Source: Octopus vulgaris
Taxonomy: Eukaryota
Direction of reading: 5' to 3'
Assembly: GCA_951406725.2 (NCBI GenBank)
Contig: OX597815.1
Coordinates: 207,638,001-207,702,000, forward strand
Length of the DNA stretch: 64,000 nt
Shown here piece after piece: positions 12,226 through 24,700 of this stretch (positions are counted from its first letter, which is position 1; each line of letters starts with the position of its first letter). The notes beneath the pieces are model-generated. The model made no database searches and was not told the DNA's origin. It saw only the letters and a list, made by a program, of their open reading frames with translations. Made by a program: the position numbers and the translations under genes.

Positions 12226-12394
12226 AAACTAACAGATTCTTTCTATACTATTAATGTGTGTCTGTGTAAGTATGCATGTACATGTGTGTGTATGAGTATG
12301 TGAATATTTATATATATACACACACATACACACATATATATGCACACATACACACACACACTAAACACTAGTTGTGGGTAAACTTAAATACTCG

Positions 12395-13145
12395 CTATGG
12401 CATGACTGTGTAGTTTTAAAGTTTGCTTAGCACCTATGTGGTTTTGATTTTACTCCCATTCTATGGCATTTCGAGAAAGGATCTTCTACTGTACACTTAG
12501 GTTAACCAATACCTTGTTGCTGAAATTTGATAGATGAGTACAGAAGCCCATTATGTGTGTGTCTGTTTGTTTGTTTTCTGTTTATGTCTGTCATGTTACT
12601 CAGAAGTTCAACAAACACATGTTGATAAAATAAGTATCAATCTTAAAAATAAGAACTGGAGTTGATGGAAGTGGAAGCACTCCGTCGGTTGCGACGAGGA
12701 GGGTTCCGGTTGATCCGAATCAACGAAACAGCCTGCTCGTGAAATTAACGTGTAAGTGGCTGAGCACTCCACAGACACGTGTACCTTCAACGTAGTTCTC
12801 GGGGATATTCAGCGTGACACAGAGAGTGACAAGGCCGGCCCTTTGAAATACAGGTACAACAGAAACAGGAAGTAAGAGTGAGAGAAAGTTGTGGTGAAAG
12901 AGTACAGCAGGGATCACCACCATCCCCTGCCGGAGCCTCGTGGAGCTTTTAGGTGTTTTCGCTCAATAAACACTCACAACGCCCGGTCTGGGAATCGAAA
13001 CCGCGATCCTATGACTGCGGGTCCGCTGCCCTAACCATTGGGCCATTGCGCCTCCACACTGGAGTTGATATCATTGACTGAATCCCTAAAGGCGGTGCTC
13101 CAGCATGATCACAGCTCAGAGACTGAAACCAATAACTGAATAAAC
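12395..13145 (+). mobile_element. Old SINE family A copy split by a younger SINE
   Basis: 5' part 12395-12666 and 3' part 13058-13145 (ggcggtgctccagcatg). Confidence 0.65.
12667..13057 (-). mobile_element. Young tRNA-derived SINE (Nin-domain-like centre) with 12-bp TSD
   Basis: Head ggaggcgcaatggcccaatggttaggg..ggtttcgattccc. TSD actggagttgat at 12655-12666 and 13058-13069. Degenerate relatives at about 15170-15300 and 17800-18030. Confidence 0.85.
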
Positions 13146-13149
13146 AAAA

Positions 13150-13615
13150 GTGTATTCTGAACGCCTTACTGCCCTGGGCATGGATATATTGAAGCTGACT
13201 TGGTAGACACCCATAAAATTATCAACCATCTTACAAACAATAACTCTGAGCACTTTTTCAAACTCCACCTGTCTAACACCCGTGGACATGTTTACAAAGT
13301 CAGAAAACAGCACAGCTCCCATGACTTTCAGAAACATTTTTTCACACTAAGAGTTGCTGAAGTATGGAACAAACTGCCGGCATCAGTTGTTAGTTGTCGG
13401 AGCACTGCATCCTTCAAAACTTCCATGCTTCCTGAGATTCGCCAACACTACACCTGATTTTCTCCCCTCCATACACACACAAGCATGTACCTGACTCATG
13501 CATTGTTTGCTTTCCAGACATTTGTACACCACTGCATGTGCTTTATACACACTTTTGACAAGTTGTGGTGCACCTGAGCAATGTATACAATAATTTCATT
13601 ATTATTATGATTATT
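13150..13615 (+). mobile_element. CR1-clade LINE 3' fragment
   Basis: ORF 13200..13457 is nearly identical to 3290..3616 in opposite orientation; (att)n tail. Confidence 0.88.
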
Positions 13616-13661
13616 ATATTTATACATTTGAAAACCTGATTCTGCAAAAATTCTTCCAAAT

Positions 13662-13877
13662 TTAACCCTCTAGCATTCAGATTACTCTGTGAAATATAAT
13701 GATTATAAATTCACAACATATTAAATTAATCATACATTATTTCATAGCGATGTTGTGACTGCTTACTTGTAAAATGACATTCTAAGTCAGGTGTGAAAGG
13801 CCAGCTCTGACAAGTTTGAAGATAAAACCTGTAGAATATTTGGGCTGGATGTGGCTAGTTTAAATGCTAAAGGTTAA
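13662..13877. mobile_element. TTAA-flanked MITE (piggyBac-like)
   Basis: ttaaccctctagcatt ... aatgctaaaggttaa termini. Confidence 0.75.
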
Positions 13878-13961
13878 AATTAGTAGCAAGGATTGGAAAC
13901 CGATGAAAATGTCTTTTAAGAAAATTATTTAAAATACAAAGCAAAATTAGAAGTGACTTAC

Positions 13962-14852
13962 ATATATTTTTCATGTTGGGTACTATCATGTTTGGAGAAG
14001 AGTAACTGTAACCAAGGATTGGAGATGGGGCACGGCGGAGCTTTGGACTCGATGTTGGAGATCTAACAACTGAGCCTCTTGGAGACTGCATGTGTCTTGG
14101 GGAGGCTGATAGTACTGGGGTTTTACTTGGGGAGGACGTCATTTTGGCAGTAAAAGCCTTGGTTGGACTCTCAATCGAAGAACATGAGATTGAATCAAGG
14201 CTATGTAAACTGCCAGTAGCTTTCACTGGGGTTGATGGCCGAGTATAGAACTCCACTTGTTTCATCGGTAGGCTCTTTCGGGGACTACTAACTGGAGATG
14301 AAATTGGTGTGCCACTTTTTACTGGAGTAGATGGCCTTGATAATCTCGAGTCACCGACATTGATTGGCACAAACTTCCGAGGACTTGTAAGGCCTGATGA
14401 TGAGCTGACTGCTTGTCCAAGAAAACTATCGCTTATTAATTTGTTTGGCACAAATTGTCTGGAAGGGCTTATGGGGGAAGTAGCCGGGCTGACTTTCATT
14501 GATTTAGGGGTTAAAGTGTCTGTACTTGGAGTAGAACTCAGTGTAGCGTGAGTGAGCCCGTCATATAATGTTTCTGATGATGAAACATACACAGGTGTGG
14601 TTGAAGGAGCCAAGAGCTTAGCATGCTTCTCATTCTCCAATTCATCACAGTCTTTTAGTGAAATTGGATAATTTTCCATAACAGCTTTCGACTCCTTCAG
14701 GAAGACATCATCAGACGTTGTGATAATAGGAATTTCATGATCATATAAAGTTTCACATGAAGCAATTGGCGCTAACTTGGGCCTGGAGGGTTTAAGATAG
14801 GAAGATATTTCCGATTGGCTTTCTTCACTTTCTGTTGAATCACCACCACGAT
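13962..14852 (-). CDS. RasGRF: RasGRF large exon, Ser/Pro/Thr-rich disordered insert (297 codons)
   Basis: ttttattcag acceptor, t|gtaagt donor, 891 nt, phase 1 to 1. Lies within ORF 13867..14877. Confidence 0.88.
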
Positions 14853-15764
14853 CTGAATAAAAGAAAGAAATGAACAATGGTTTAGTAATAAATTAATGAT
14901 AAAAAATTATAGTAATAAATCATTCTATCTTGAAAATTAATCATAATAAAATATGAAACATTCATATATCATTAAACCTGAGACATGTTGTAAATAAGAT
15001 TAAAATTTTTCAGTTAACCACAATTTTACAGATTAAGTGTTTACTAAAACTAGACATACATTGTATTTTGATTGGTTTGATCACAAATCCTCATGAGGCG
15101 GTTTATTCCTGTATATCTTTGTAGTATAGGATTGGATCTTATTTTTTAAACTAAAATACATTTGATGGGTCCTCCGTTGGTTTTCATGACAAGCACTCAA
15201 CTGTTTAATCACCTGTGCATCAACATTTAAGTGGCTGAGTATTCCACAGATACCCTAAACATAATTCTCAGGCAGAATCAGCACAAGTATGACAAGGCTG
15301 TCTGTGCATTTGAATAACTGTCATAGTTAATATATCAAGTGAACTGGCTGAAAAATCCAAAGATTTTTAGTTGTTGTTTAATCCAAATAAGATGTTCCAG
15401 ATGTAACCATTTTGTCTTAAGCTTAGGTACATTGTATCTAGAGCTACATTGTCTAGTGTATTCTTCTATATTTATAATGTGATTTAAGGGAAATTTACTT
15501 CTATTTCAAGCATAGTGAGCAACCACAAAGAGGCTTGACATCCATATATTGTGTTTCCAAACATGTTCTGGTCAGTCACTTCTTATGTACATCTGGAACA
15601 TCTACATGTGAACTATCCTCCATTGGACCTTTCATAAAGTATAGATAGTATTGCTAAAGATAGTAGTACTATCAGTAACAAAAACAATGATAACTAATAA
15701 TACTAACAATAACAAAAAAAAGAAGGCAGGGTGAAGTACAACTGTTCTTGCATCTTGTACTTAC

Positions 15765-15985
15765 ATTTGTGGAATGCACTGGGAGTGCATGGGGGTGCTG
15801 CAGGAACGGTAGCTTTGTCAGCAGCCACTTGTCTACTATCACCTGTGATCTCTGTTCTCATACAGCCCGTGCTGATTCGACGGCCATTCGGCTGAGGTCG
15901 GATAAGTAGACGGGAATCTGGAGGGCTTCCACTGAATTGAACCGTATTATCATGACCTTCTTGATAGCCATCTTGATCGTTCATA
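15765..15985 (-). CDS. RasGRF: RasGRF exon, REM insert: (H)MNDQDGYQEGHDNTVQFSGSPPDSR...PPCTPSAFHK
   Basis: tactag acceptor, gtaagt donor, 221 nt, phase 2 to 1. Open frame and phase-compatible with both neighbours. Confidence 0.85.
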
Positions 15986-17059
15986 CTAGTATAAGAAATA
16001 AATTAAGATAAGTCAGTACAGAATAAATTATACAGAGAAATTAATTTAAAACAAACAAAAGCTATTTCGATATTTTCTTGTGCCATAAGAATTTATAAAC
16101 TTCAAGAGAATGTGAAATAATTCTTTTTTGGAATGGTGAATTTCAGAACAGATAAAGCTATAAATAATAGTATGTAAATAGTTCTATTATATATTAACTT
16201 AAAAGCCATACTCCGTGTGGACTTCTAAGCTAGCTCCTGCAGAGGGCTAACTGAGCTTGTGGCCCAAAGCTAAAGAGAGCTAAATAGCATGACTATATAA
16301 TACATCTATAATGACTATATGCTCCGATGGTGTTTGATCAGAGGTTAAGAACGGGTGAGAATTAATTCTGTAATGCAATCTTTCTGTTGTTCCAGTCCCA
16401 AGTTGAATTCCAACTGTTGGCCAAGTTATCCCAAAGTTCTTATCTCGATGTAAAATTAATGAAGCAAATGTTATCTATCTCCCCCTTGATCTCTGACATC
16501 ATCTGACAAACGCCACCATGATGGCATGAATCAGTGAAGCTTTACCTGCTAGAAAAAGCAAACGAAATGCTTTTAAATCAAATCCCAATGCTGAATGTTC
16601 AAGAACCAAATGAAGGGCAGATTTTCAAATCCGGGATCATCCTGATTCCAAAAAGGTATAATATGTCTATGTTGAGCAAATGTAGGCTGAGATACAGGGG
16701 GTCCCAGACGAACAGACAGAATTTCGGTTTTATTATAGATAACATCATCATCATCGTTTAAAGTCCACTTTCCACACTAGCATGGGTTGGATGATTTTGA
16801 CTAAGTATTTTGCCCAGCATGCCAACAATTCTGCCAACAAATATATATATATGTATATATGTGTATGTGTGTGTGTGTGCCCACGCACAAAACTCTTGGA
16901 CCTTAAATCACTTTGTTGCTTCTACTTAATTGATTAGGAATATTATTATAAAACAGGCATCATAATTTACAACTTTTACCTCGTTAAAAAAAATTATCAC
17001 TTATATCCCAGAAATGATATAGTTTGCTATAAGAACTAACATAACATGTGGATACTTAC

Positions 17060-17244
17060 TGTGAAATTGCTTCTAAGTTTCCACAGCAGTCTGGATTTCG
17101 ATATACTTTTCTTAGTGCTTCAAGGACAGTATAACCTGTAGTGAACACTTTATATGTGAGTAGAAACGTGTTGAGAAAATCAATACTAAGAAATCGCAGA
17201 TCTGTTAATCGATCAAGAAGGCGGTCAACGGTGGCATGTCGAAT
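17060..17244 (-). CDS. RasGRF: RasGRF exon, REM/RasGEF_N domain: [61 protein letters not shown]
   Basis: tttcag acceptor, gtaagt donor, 185 nt, phase 0 to 2. Close match to RASGRF '[26 protein letters not shown]'. Confidence 0.96.
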
Positions 17245-17521
17245 CTGAAATCAGAAACAAAAATAATAAACCCTACAGACTTTCTTGGAATTCCTATTTT
17301 TAATTCAAATAATAACAAATCATTTTCTATACATCATCACAAGTATTTATCAAAATAATTTTGACTATATTTGTTAAAGTCTCAAGTAATTTTGAAAAAA
17401 AATGGCACACAATACATTATCATAGGTTTAAAATGATTAATGCAAAACTGACAAAAATATTTTGTTTTTGGATTTGGTTTGCAAGATTCTTTATATGAGT
17501 TCATGTGTTGAAGCATATTCT

Positions 17522-17730
17522 GTTGTGTCTGAGGAGAGTCCTTCGCTTTTTGTGCCTTATAATGTAACACACTCACCGGTAAAATTTCCACTTGAGTCAA
17601 GACTATTGAAAAGGTTGCAAGAATCAACGAAAATTTTAGGAAAATAAAAATAAGTAATAAGTGGAAATTTTACCGGTGAATTTGTTAAATCATAAGGCAC
17701 AAAAAGAAATTGATTCTCCCCAGACACAAC
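17522..17730. repeat. Fold-back inverted repeat (~70-bp arms), possible Penelope-like relic
   Basis: gttgtgtctg..tcaccggtaaaatttccactt versus aagtggaaattttaccggtga..cagacacaac. Confidence 0.8.
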
Positions 17731-18048
17731 TGACTAAGATAGATATGCTAGTATCTTTAAAAGATTACCAATAATTGATAAATTAATTTTAAAAAGCAGT
17801 ACTTGGTTATGATTACGAGAGTTCCAGTTGATTCAATCAATGGAACAGTCTACTCGTGAAATTTATGTGAAAGTGGATGAGTACTCCACAGACATACCCT
17901 AAACATAGTTCTCGGAGATTTCATGATACAGAGTGTGAGAAGGTTGGCCCTTTGAAATACAGGTTCTGCTCATTTTAGCCAGCCAAGTGGACTGATGCAA
18001 TGTGAAATAAAGCGTCTTGTTCAAGGACACAAGGCTTTGCCAATGATA

Positions 18049-19292
18049 TCAGGCTGAGTAAAAAGTAATCAACATTTTGAAACATGAAAGTCATCACAAT
18101 ATATTTCAACAATGCGGAAATTTCATTCATCAAAGTAAGCACCATTACAATCAACACTATTTAGCTAACGAGTTACAAGTTTGTGTATTCCAGTAAGATA
18201 GAAATCTGGAGTTCTGGAACTGATGAACCCTTTGAACGCACTTTCAGCATCGGTTTGATTTTTGAACTCCTCTCGCAGGAAATCATCAAGGTGCTTGAAA
18301 AAGTGGTAGTCAACAGGAGAAAGGTCTGGCAAAGTAGCTGGGTGGGGAGGACTTCAGAGCCCAGTTACCTCAACTTCTGGAGCATCATTAGTGAAATGTG
18401 TGGCTGAGCATTGTCATGAAGAATGATTGGTCCTCTTCTGTTGACCAGTCTGGGATGGAGGGGTAGCAGTTTTCCATTCATTTTGGCAATTTTATGGCAA
18501 TATGTTTCTGCAGTAATGGTTTTTCTGGGTTTTAAGAAGTTATTGTGGATGAGTCCAGCAGTACACCACCAAACAGAAGAGCTCGGGTTTAGGGAAGGTT
18601 TTCAGTGCTTCGTTTTGGTCCAACCACTGCGCAGAACATTTATTATTATTATACAGAATCCATTTTTCATCACATTGAGAAATGGATCAGTCTGGTTATG
18701 GAGAAGAAATGACGAACAAATTTCTTATCTGTGCATTTTCTGATTTTCATTCAAATCATGTGGTACTCGTTTGTTGAGCTTTTTCGATTTTCCGATTGCA
18801 TGCAAATGATTGCAGGCAGTTTTCTGATTAACTTGAAGTTCTTTTTCCAGTTCTTGAGTGGTTTTAAGTGGATCTTCTCAATGATGGTCTTTAATTGACT
18901 GTCATCGATGACAGATGGGCGTCCACTATGCTCACAATCTTCAAGGCTCAGGTTTTCACTACGAAATTGTTTAAACCATTTTCAAGCTAACCACTCACTG
19001 GTCATTTCCTCACCAAATGTTTTCTTGATATCACGAGCAGTTTCAGCTGCTCTACATCCTTTTTTGAAGTTGAATAGCAAAATTGCTTGAATATATCGCA
19101 TTGACAGTTCCATTTCAGATGATTGTAACAACAGTGAAAAAATATCCATGCTAATTTACTGATGCATTTGGGCAAGTCTATGTCTGTATCATCAGACAAT
19201 TGCAATAAAAAATGCTTTAAAAAAATTAAAAACTCTGCAAAAATCTGGTACAAATCTGGTTCAAAACATTGCTTACGTTTTACTCAGCCTAA
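18049..19292 (-). mobile_element. Near full-length decayed mariner transposon (DD34D-type transposase pseudogene)
   Basis: Imperfect TIRs tcaggctgagtaaaaagtaa / ttacgttttactcagcctaa flanked by TA. Minus-strand fragments DEKWILY, LHDNAQPH, PDLSPVDYHFF; many stops and frameshifts. Confidence 0.9.
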
Positions 19293-19775
19293 TAACAATA
19301 TTAAAACTTCAAAATTTCTTTATCAATATCACGAAAACAATTACTTTCTAGTTTGCAGTATTGACATAGATTTTACCTCCATTACGTTCTACACAGAGTG
19401 AAATATTAATGTAATGTTTGACGCTTTTAACTCATATTTAACTGTCCAAGACTTCCTTATATCATTTACCAAGCTGTTATTGTTTGTCAACTGTTAATGA
19501 CTACATTTTTTCAGGTGCAAATTGAAGAAAATTAAAGTAAAATCTTGAAGCAAATAAAAATATATTTTAATTTGACTCAAGGTTATTTTAATTTGTATTG
19601 AGTTAATTTTAAATTGCTTTAATATTATTTTAATTCGTACTTGATAAATCATGGTTTTAACAAAGTTTCATTTTCTCACCTGTATTGAAATCTTTTCTGC
19701 ATAATTTTATTTTCTCGTTAGTATTTTAATTATTATATTTACTACATATAATATTTATGCTTTTCACATTATGTA

Positions 19776-20639
19776 CATAATCTGATCAATAAGTATCCGG
19801 ACTGTGGCCATAGTAATGAAGCTAAAGCATGCAGAGGGAAGCTGATTGGTACAGATTGATCTTGAGCATGCACACTAAGTTTTAATGTTCTAGATCACGT
19901 TTGCTGTTTACAGCAGTGCTTAGAAGGAAGGTGTGTAGTGTGTGATTGTTGCATTGACCATGACAAAGAAATTTGAGCCAAGAATCTGCATCAAATTTTG
20001 CCAAAAGCTAGGCAAAGTTTTCAAAAGGTTTTCATCTTTCTTAACACAGCCAAGATCTTGTGCAGCTGAAACCTGGGTGTCTTTCTCATCAGCTCAAAGC
20101 AGTTTTGGCACAAACTTGGCAGACATGAATCTCATACCCAAATCTTCAGTGAAAATAGATGGAACTGAACCGTAACTAATCTGCACATCCTCTGATAATT
20201 CATGAATGGTGATTTGAGGATTTTCCCTCACAGTTGCACATATATCACTAATGTTTTTCTCATTTCTACTGGTTGTAGATCTCCCAGAACGTTCATCAAT
20301 ATCGACATTTTTTCGACCATCTTGGAAATGTTTGAACCACCCATACACTTGTGTGTGGCTCATACACTCCTCTCCATACACTGAAACATCTGGAAGTTTG
20401 TGTAGGCCTCTGAGCATGTATTGCCATGACAACTTTCTCTGTCATGGTCAATGTAATGATCACACGCTACACACCTTCCTTCCAAGCACTGCTGTAAACA
20501 GTGAAAATGAGCTAGAACATTAAAACTTAGTACACATGCACAGCAGAGCTCAAGGTCAATTTATACCAAACAGCTTTACACTGTGTGCTTTAGCTTCGTT
20601 ACTATGGCAACAGTCCAGATACTTATCGATCAGATCTCA
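19776..20639. mobile_element. Mariner derivative with two inverted 5' ends and a transposase N-terminal relic
   Basis: About 200-bp inverted arms flanked by TA. ORF 20094..20432 has VYGWFKHFQDGRKNVDIDERSGR...LGMRFMSAKFVPKLL. Confidence 0.85.
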
Positions 20640-21111
20640 TATATGTTCTGCAAGATTCCTTATCTAAAATCGTGCGTTGAAATAAATATTTTTATATCTA
20701 GAGATGGTCATTTTTTTTTTTGTCAACCACACACTTTACACTCATTCTTCAATTCAGCTTTATTCTTATTTTAGTGTCTGAAATCTAAAACAGGAGGAGA
20801 CACATAGGATGGAGAGTTGCGAGGAGGTCACAAAATGTGTGACAAAAAATAAAAAAGACCATCTCCAAATATTTATGCTTTTCCTTATTTACTTTTAATT
20901 TAAATGGCTTTTCACTTTCTTTTAATTCAAAATATATTATCCTTTTCAATAATTCTTTCTTAGTGTCAGCACTGCATACTTCAAAATTAATAATAAATTA
21001 TATTTCTTTGGTCATATTGAGTGTGCATAACACTAACAATTACTGGACAAAATTTCTTTTTATACAAATTAGAAGGAAAAGAAAAGAAAAAAACGCATAT
21101 TTTTGTTTTTC

Positions 21112-21540
21112 TCATCATCATCGATTAATGTCCGCTTTCCATGCTAGCATGGGTTGGACGATTTGACTGAGGACTGGCAAACCAGATGGCTGCACCAGGC
21201 TCCAATCTTGATTTGGAAGAGTTTCTACATCTGGGTGCCTTTCCTAATGCCAACCACTCCAAGAGTGTAGTGGGTGATTTTATGTGCCACTGGCATGAGG
21301 GCCAGTCAGGCGGTACTGGCAATGGTCACGGAAATTTGTGTTTTTTTTTTTTCACGTGTCACCTGCACACTGGCACAAGTGCCAGTAAGGCGACACTGGT
21401 AACGATCATGCTTGAATGGTGCTTTTTACGTGCCACCGGCACAAACGCCAGTTAGCCGCTCTGGCAACGATCACGCACGGATGGTGCTCTTAGTGCTCCA
21501 CTAGCACGGATGCCAGTCATAGAATTTGAATTTGAATTTT
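21112..21540 (-). mobile_element. Repeat family C
   Basis: catcatcatcg..gtccgctttccatgctagcatgggttggacg homology. Confidence 0.8.
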
Positions 21541-21701
21541 CTATTAAACAAAAATATTTTACAGAAACAGTAAATAATTTTGCTTTTTTAGGATCAGTTA
21601 TTCTAATTAAAATGTTTTTATTTTCTTAAAAGTTATTAAAAAAAAAGTGCTTAAATGTGACTGTTACCACAGATTTATACCATTGAAATACTTTATTTTA
21701 C

Positions 21702-21777
21702 CTGAGGGACTCTGCAAGAATTAAGGGTTCTGCTAAATTTTATATCCACATCATCACGAAAAAGCTTTGGATCAGAC
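21702..21777 (-). CDS. RasGRF: RasGRF exon: SDPKLFRDDVDIKFSRTLNSCRVPQ (start of REM)
   Basis: ctccacag acceptor, cag|gtaaaa donor, 76 nt, phase 2 to 0. Resembles 'DDVDIRFSKTMNSCKVLQ'. Not in the ORF track. Confidence 0.95.
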
Positions 21778-24700
21778 CTGTGGAGAGAAAAGCAACAAAA
21801 TAGTTTTTCCTTTTGTATTCATTATAAAAATACCGTTTAAAAGTTCAAATATATATTTTTAATTTCAATGTTTTAAATATTTACAAATTTATTAATTAGT
21901 AATATGTTGTTAAATAGTAATCATGTTAATTAGTGTGATTTTCATAACTTGGAATAGCAAAGATCTGTTAAGCTTCAATATAACATTTAATGAAGACGAT
22001 AACAAAATTTGTAAAGCAATATTTCATACTTTTAATACTGATTATAATTATTATCATTATTTTTAAAGTATTGGAAATTGAAACTGTTTAGCTGACTAAT
22101 TTTCTATCAGCCTATTTATATGTTTCATTTCCTATTACTTATTTTCACCTAAGATCTGGTTCAAAGTTCAAATCACAGATTGAACTTACAAAAGAAAAAC
22201 TTGTAATTGCACAATTTGTTCATCAACTAGTAAAAATTAATTGGATAGAGTTATATATACTTATTGAGATTTATCAATATTAGAATCTTAATCTATTTGG
22301 GATAATCCATATAAAGCTTGTTTCTTAAGTTTTCACAAAAATTAAAAGGAACCAAAAATTAATTAACATTTGTAAAAAAATTGCTGATGGATTAGCAGCA
22401 TGTTAATATATAAATTGCTTCTTTAATTTCCTTAATATTCCAGCCTATTGTATACCTCACTATAGTTTACATAAACGTATTCCAATAATTATGTATTAAT
22501 GAGAAAATTCATTTTGCTTATTGAGTTTCAGTTATGTCTTATAAATGTCATACTCTTCAATTCCAAATTTGGAACATTAGCTCTACAGATTACTTTTTGT
22601 ATTTCATTTTCTTTTTAATGGCAGGATCTCTAAAAAGTAGCGAGAGGAAAGGAGAAAAGTATCAGGAGGCCCAAATACTGCAACAGAGTGGACTCCTCTA
22701 AAAGCAGTCATGTGTCAGGAAGGGATGTTAGACCAGGGTATGTATTAGTTTATTAATGTTACATCAGAATTCAATTGGATATGGTGCCTGAATTATAGGA
22801 ATCCTTTTTATATCTTAACCTATTTATAGGTGGTAAAGATCTTTCAAAATTTTCTGAACTAAAAGATTTCCACATTTTCCCAAGAACTGAAGCTGTAATA
22901 ACCTAGTTTTACTCTCAAGACATCTTGTAAAATTTTATAGCCAAGCATTGTTTCAGTGGTTTTGTTTCTACTATATCCCCTACTTTCAAGAAACTTAGCT
23001 GATGATTTCCTTAAGACATTTACCTTCTCCTAGTGTTCAATTTCAAATTTAGTAAGGAGACTTTTTTACCTTATGTTTTATATATATGCTATATGCAGTT
23101 AGGAGCAATGTGAGAAGCAAAGTTTATTTTTCAATCTCACAGAATTGTTAGTGTAATATTCTAGAATATTCTATCATGGATAATTTTTTCTAAAGTCCTC
23201 CTTTATAATTATAAAGTTTAGCTTCTATAAACAACCTGTAAAATAAAAGAAAATAAACAGCTGTAAACAACTCATCTTAAGAACTTAACAGTGTTTTTAA
23301 AATGATTGTGATCATAAACATGGTTCTTTTTTTTTATATGGAAGACTATGTAAAAATAATGAACACAAATGCTTACAGCTAAAGAATTTAGATTTATTGG
23401 AATTACTTCTAAGGTATGTAAATACCTCTTCTACAATGGCTTAATTTTTCATATTTAGGAAAGTAAAAGAAAAAATTTTAAAAAACCCACAAATTCAGCA
23501 TTGAAAAATTAAAAATTCAGAACAGGGAATATTAAACCAACAATTAGTTATCCAATCACATCATCAGTGGTTAAAAATTTGAGATCAAATTTCAGCTAGA
23601 GAAGTTGAAGTAAAACAGCATTCATTTAAGGATATTCAAAGGAAGGAATTCGTCCAGATTCTAGAAGTCAAGATATTTCCAGTTCCTGCACTCAGTTATT
23701 ATGAATATTCTTTCAGATAGTCACACATTTAAAGATTAACTTGATTTAATGATATCTGCCCTGTTGTCTCAAATTAAGACTAATTATCATCGTTATATGC
23801 TATATGTATATTTGTCTATACTCATTATCAAATATACTCATAGCGTATATATCTCGTATTCCTGTAATAAGCTTCAAAACATCCAGAAATTGAGCAGTTT
23901 GAAGTTAACAAAGCTGCCCTTCTTCATGGCAAGTGTAAAGAAGATTCTTCTCTTTGGAGACAAACCTGGAACCAAAGTAGGCCTTGATGGTACTATATTA
24001 GACTTTCCATGAGAGCTTGTGATATGAGTATAAGACCAAGAAGGTTTATAGACACATTTCACTTTTCTTACTCCATGCAGGGTAAACACTGTTGACCACT
24101 GCTAATGGGCTGAAAACCAGGCCATACCAGATGTTATATTTTGGAAACTTTTGCACCCTTTATTAGCAAAGGCGTACAACATGAAATTTAGGGCATACCA
24201 AAGCCAAACAGGACAGAGATTCTCATTGTGTGGGGAAACACATCTTGTTTATGGTCACTCAAAAGAAGATATTTTACTATAGAGATGTGTCATTTTAATA
24301 TTTACTTATAGCTATATTTAATTCATTTTTATATTTGTATTTTATGAAGTTTTAAATTTGGTAGTTTTTTTGTTTTTTTCATAAAATAACATTCTAATGG
24401 AAAATGCACTTCCATTATACAATTTCTTACAGTCAAATTTAATATGTGTTAAAGAAAAGTTATGCCTGTTATGTGCTCCATTTATTAGAAATAGATTCTA
24501 ATGTAAGTTAAAAAGGAGATTCATGTTCAGTTCTTCCAGCAAAAGCAAAAAGATAAGGGGCTGATTAAACCAGAACCGTCTCTAGTTCTAAAGACAACAG
24601 GAAAAGAAAGAAATATACTGCAGCACATACAAACACTTAAGTGTGATTTGTAAAATGAATGACAGTTTGAGATTAATATAAATTCTTTCTTAAATATGAA

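Noticed and set aside
12985-13057. tRNA gene
   Set aside because: The tRNA-like head is part of a SINE with a TSD and lacks a proper acceptor stem. The same applies to the heads at 40928 and 45026.
13867-14877. 336-aa ORF as a standalone gene
   Set aside because: It is bounded by splice sites at 14852 and 13962 in phase with RasGRF exons; the ORF ends are intronic.
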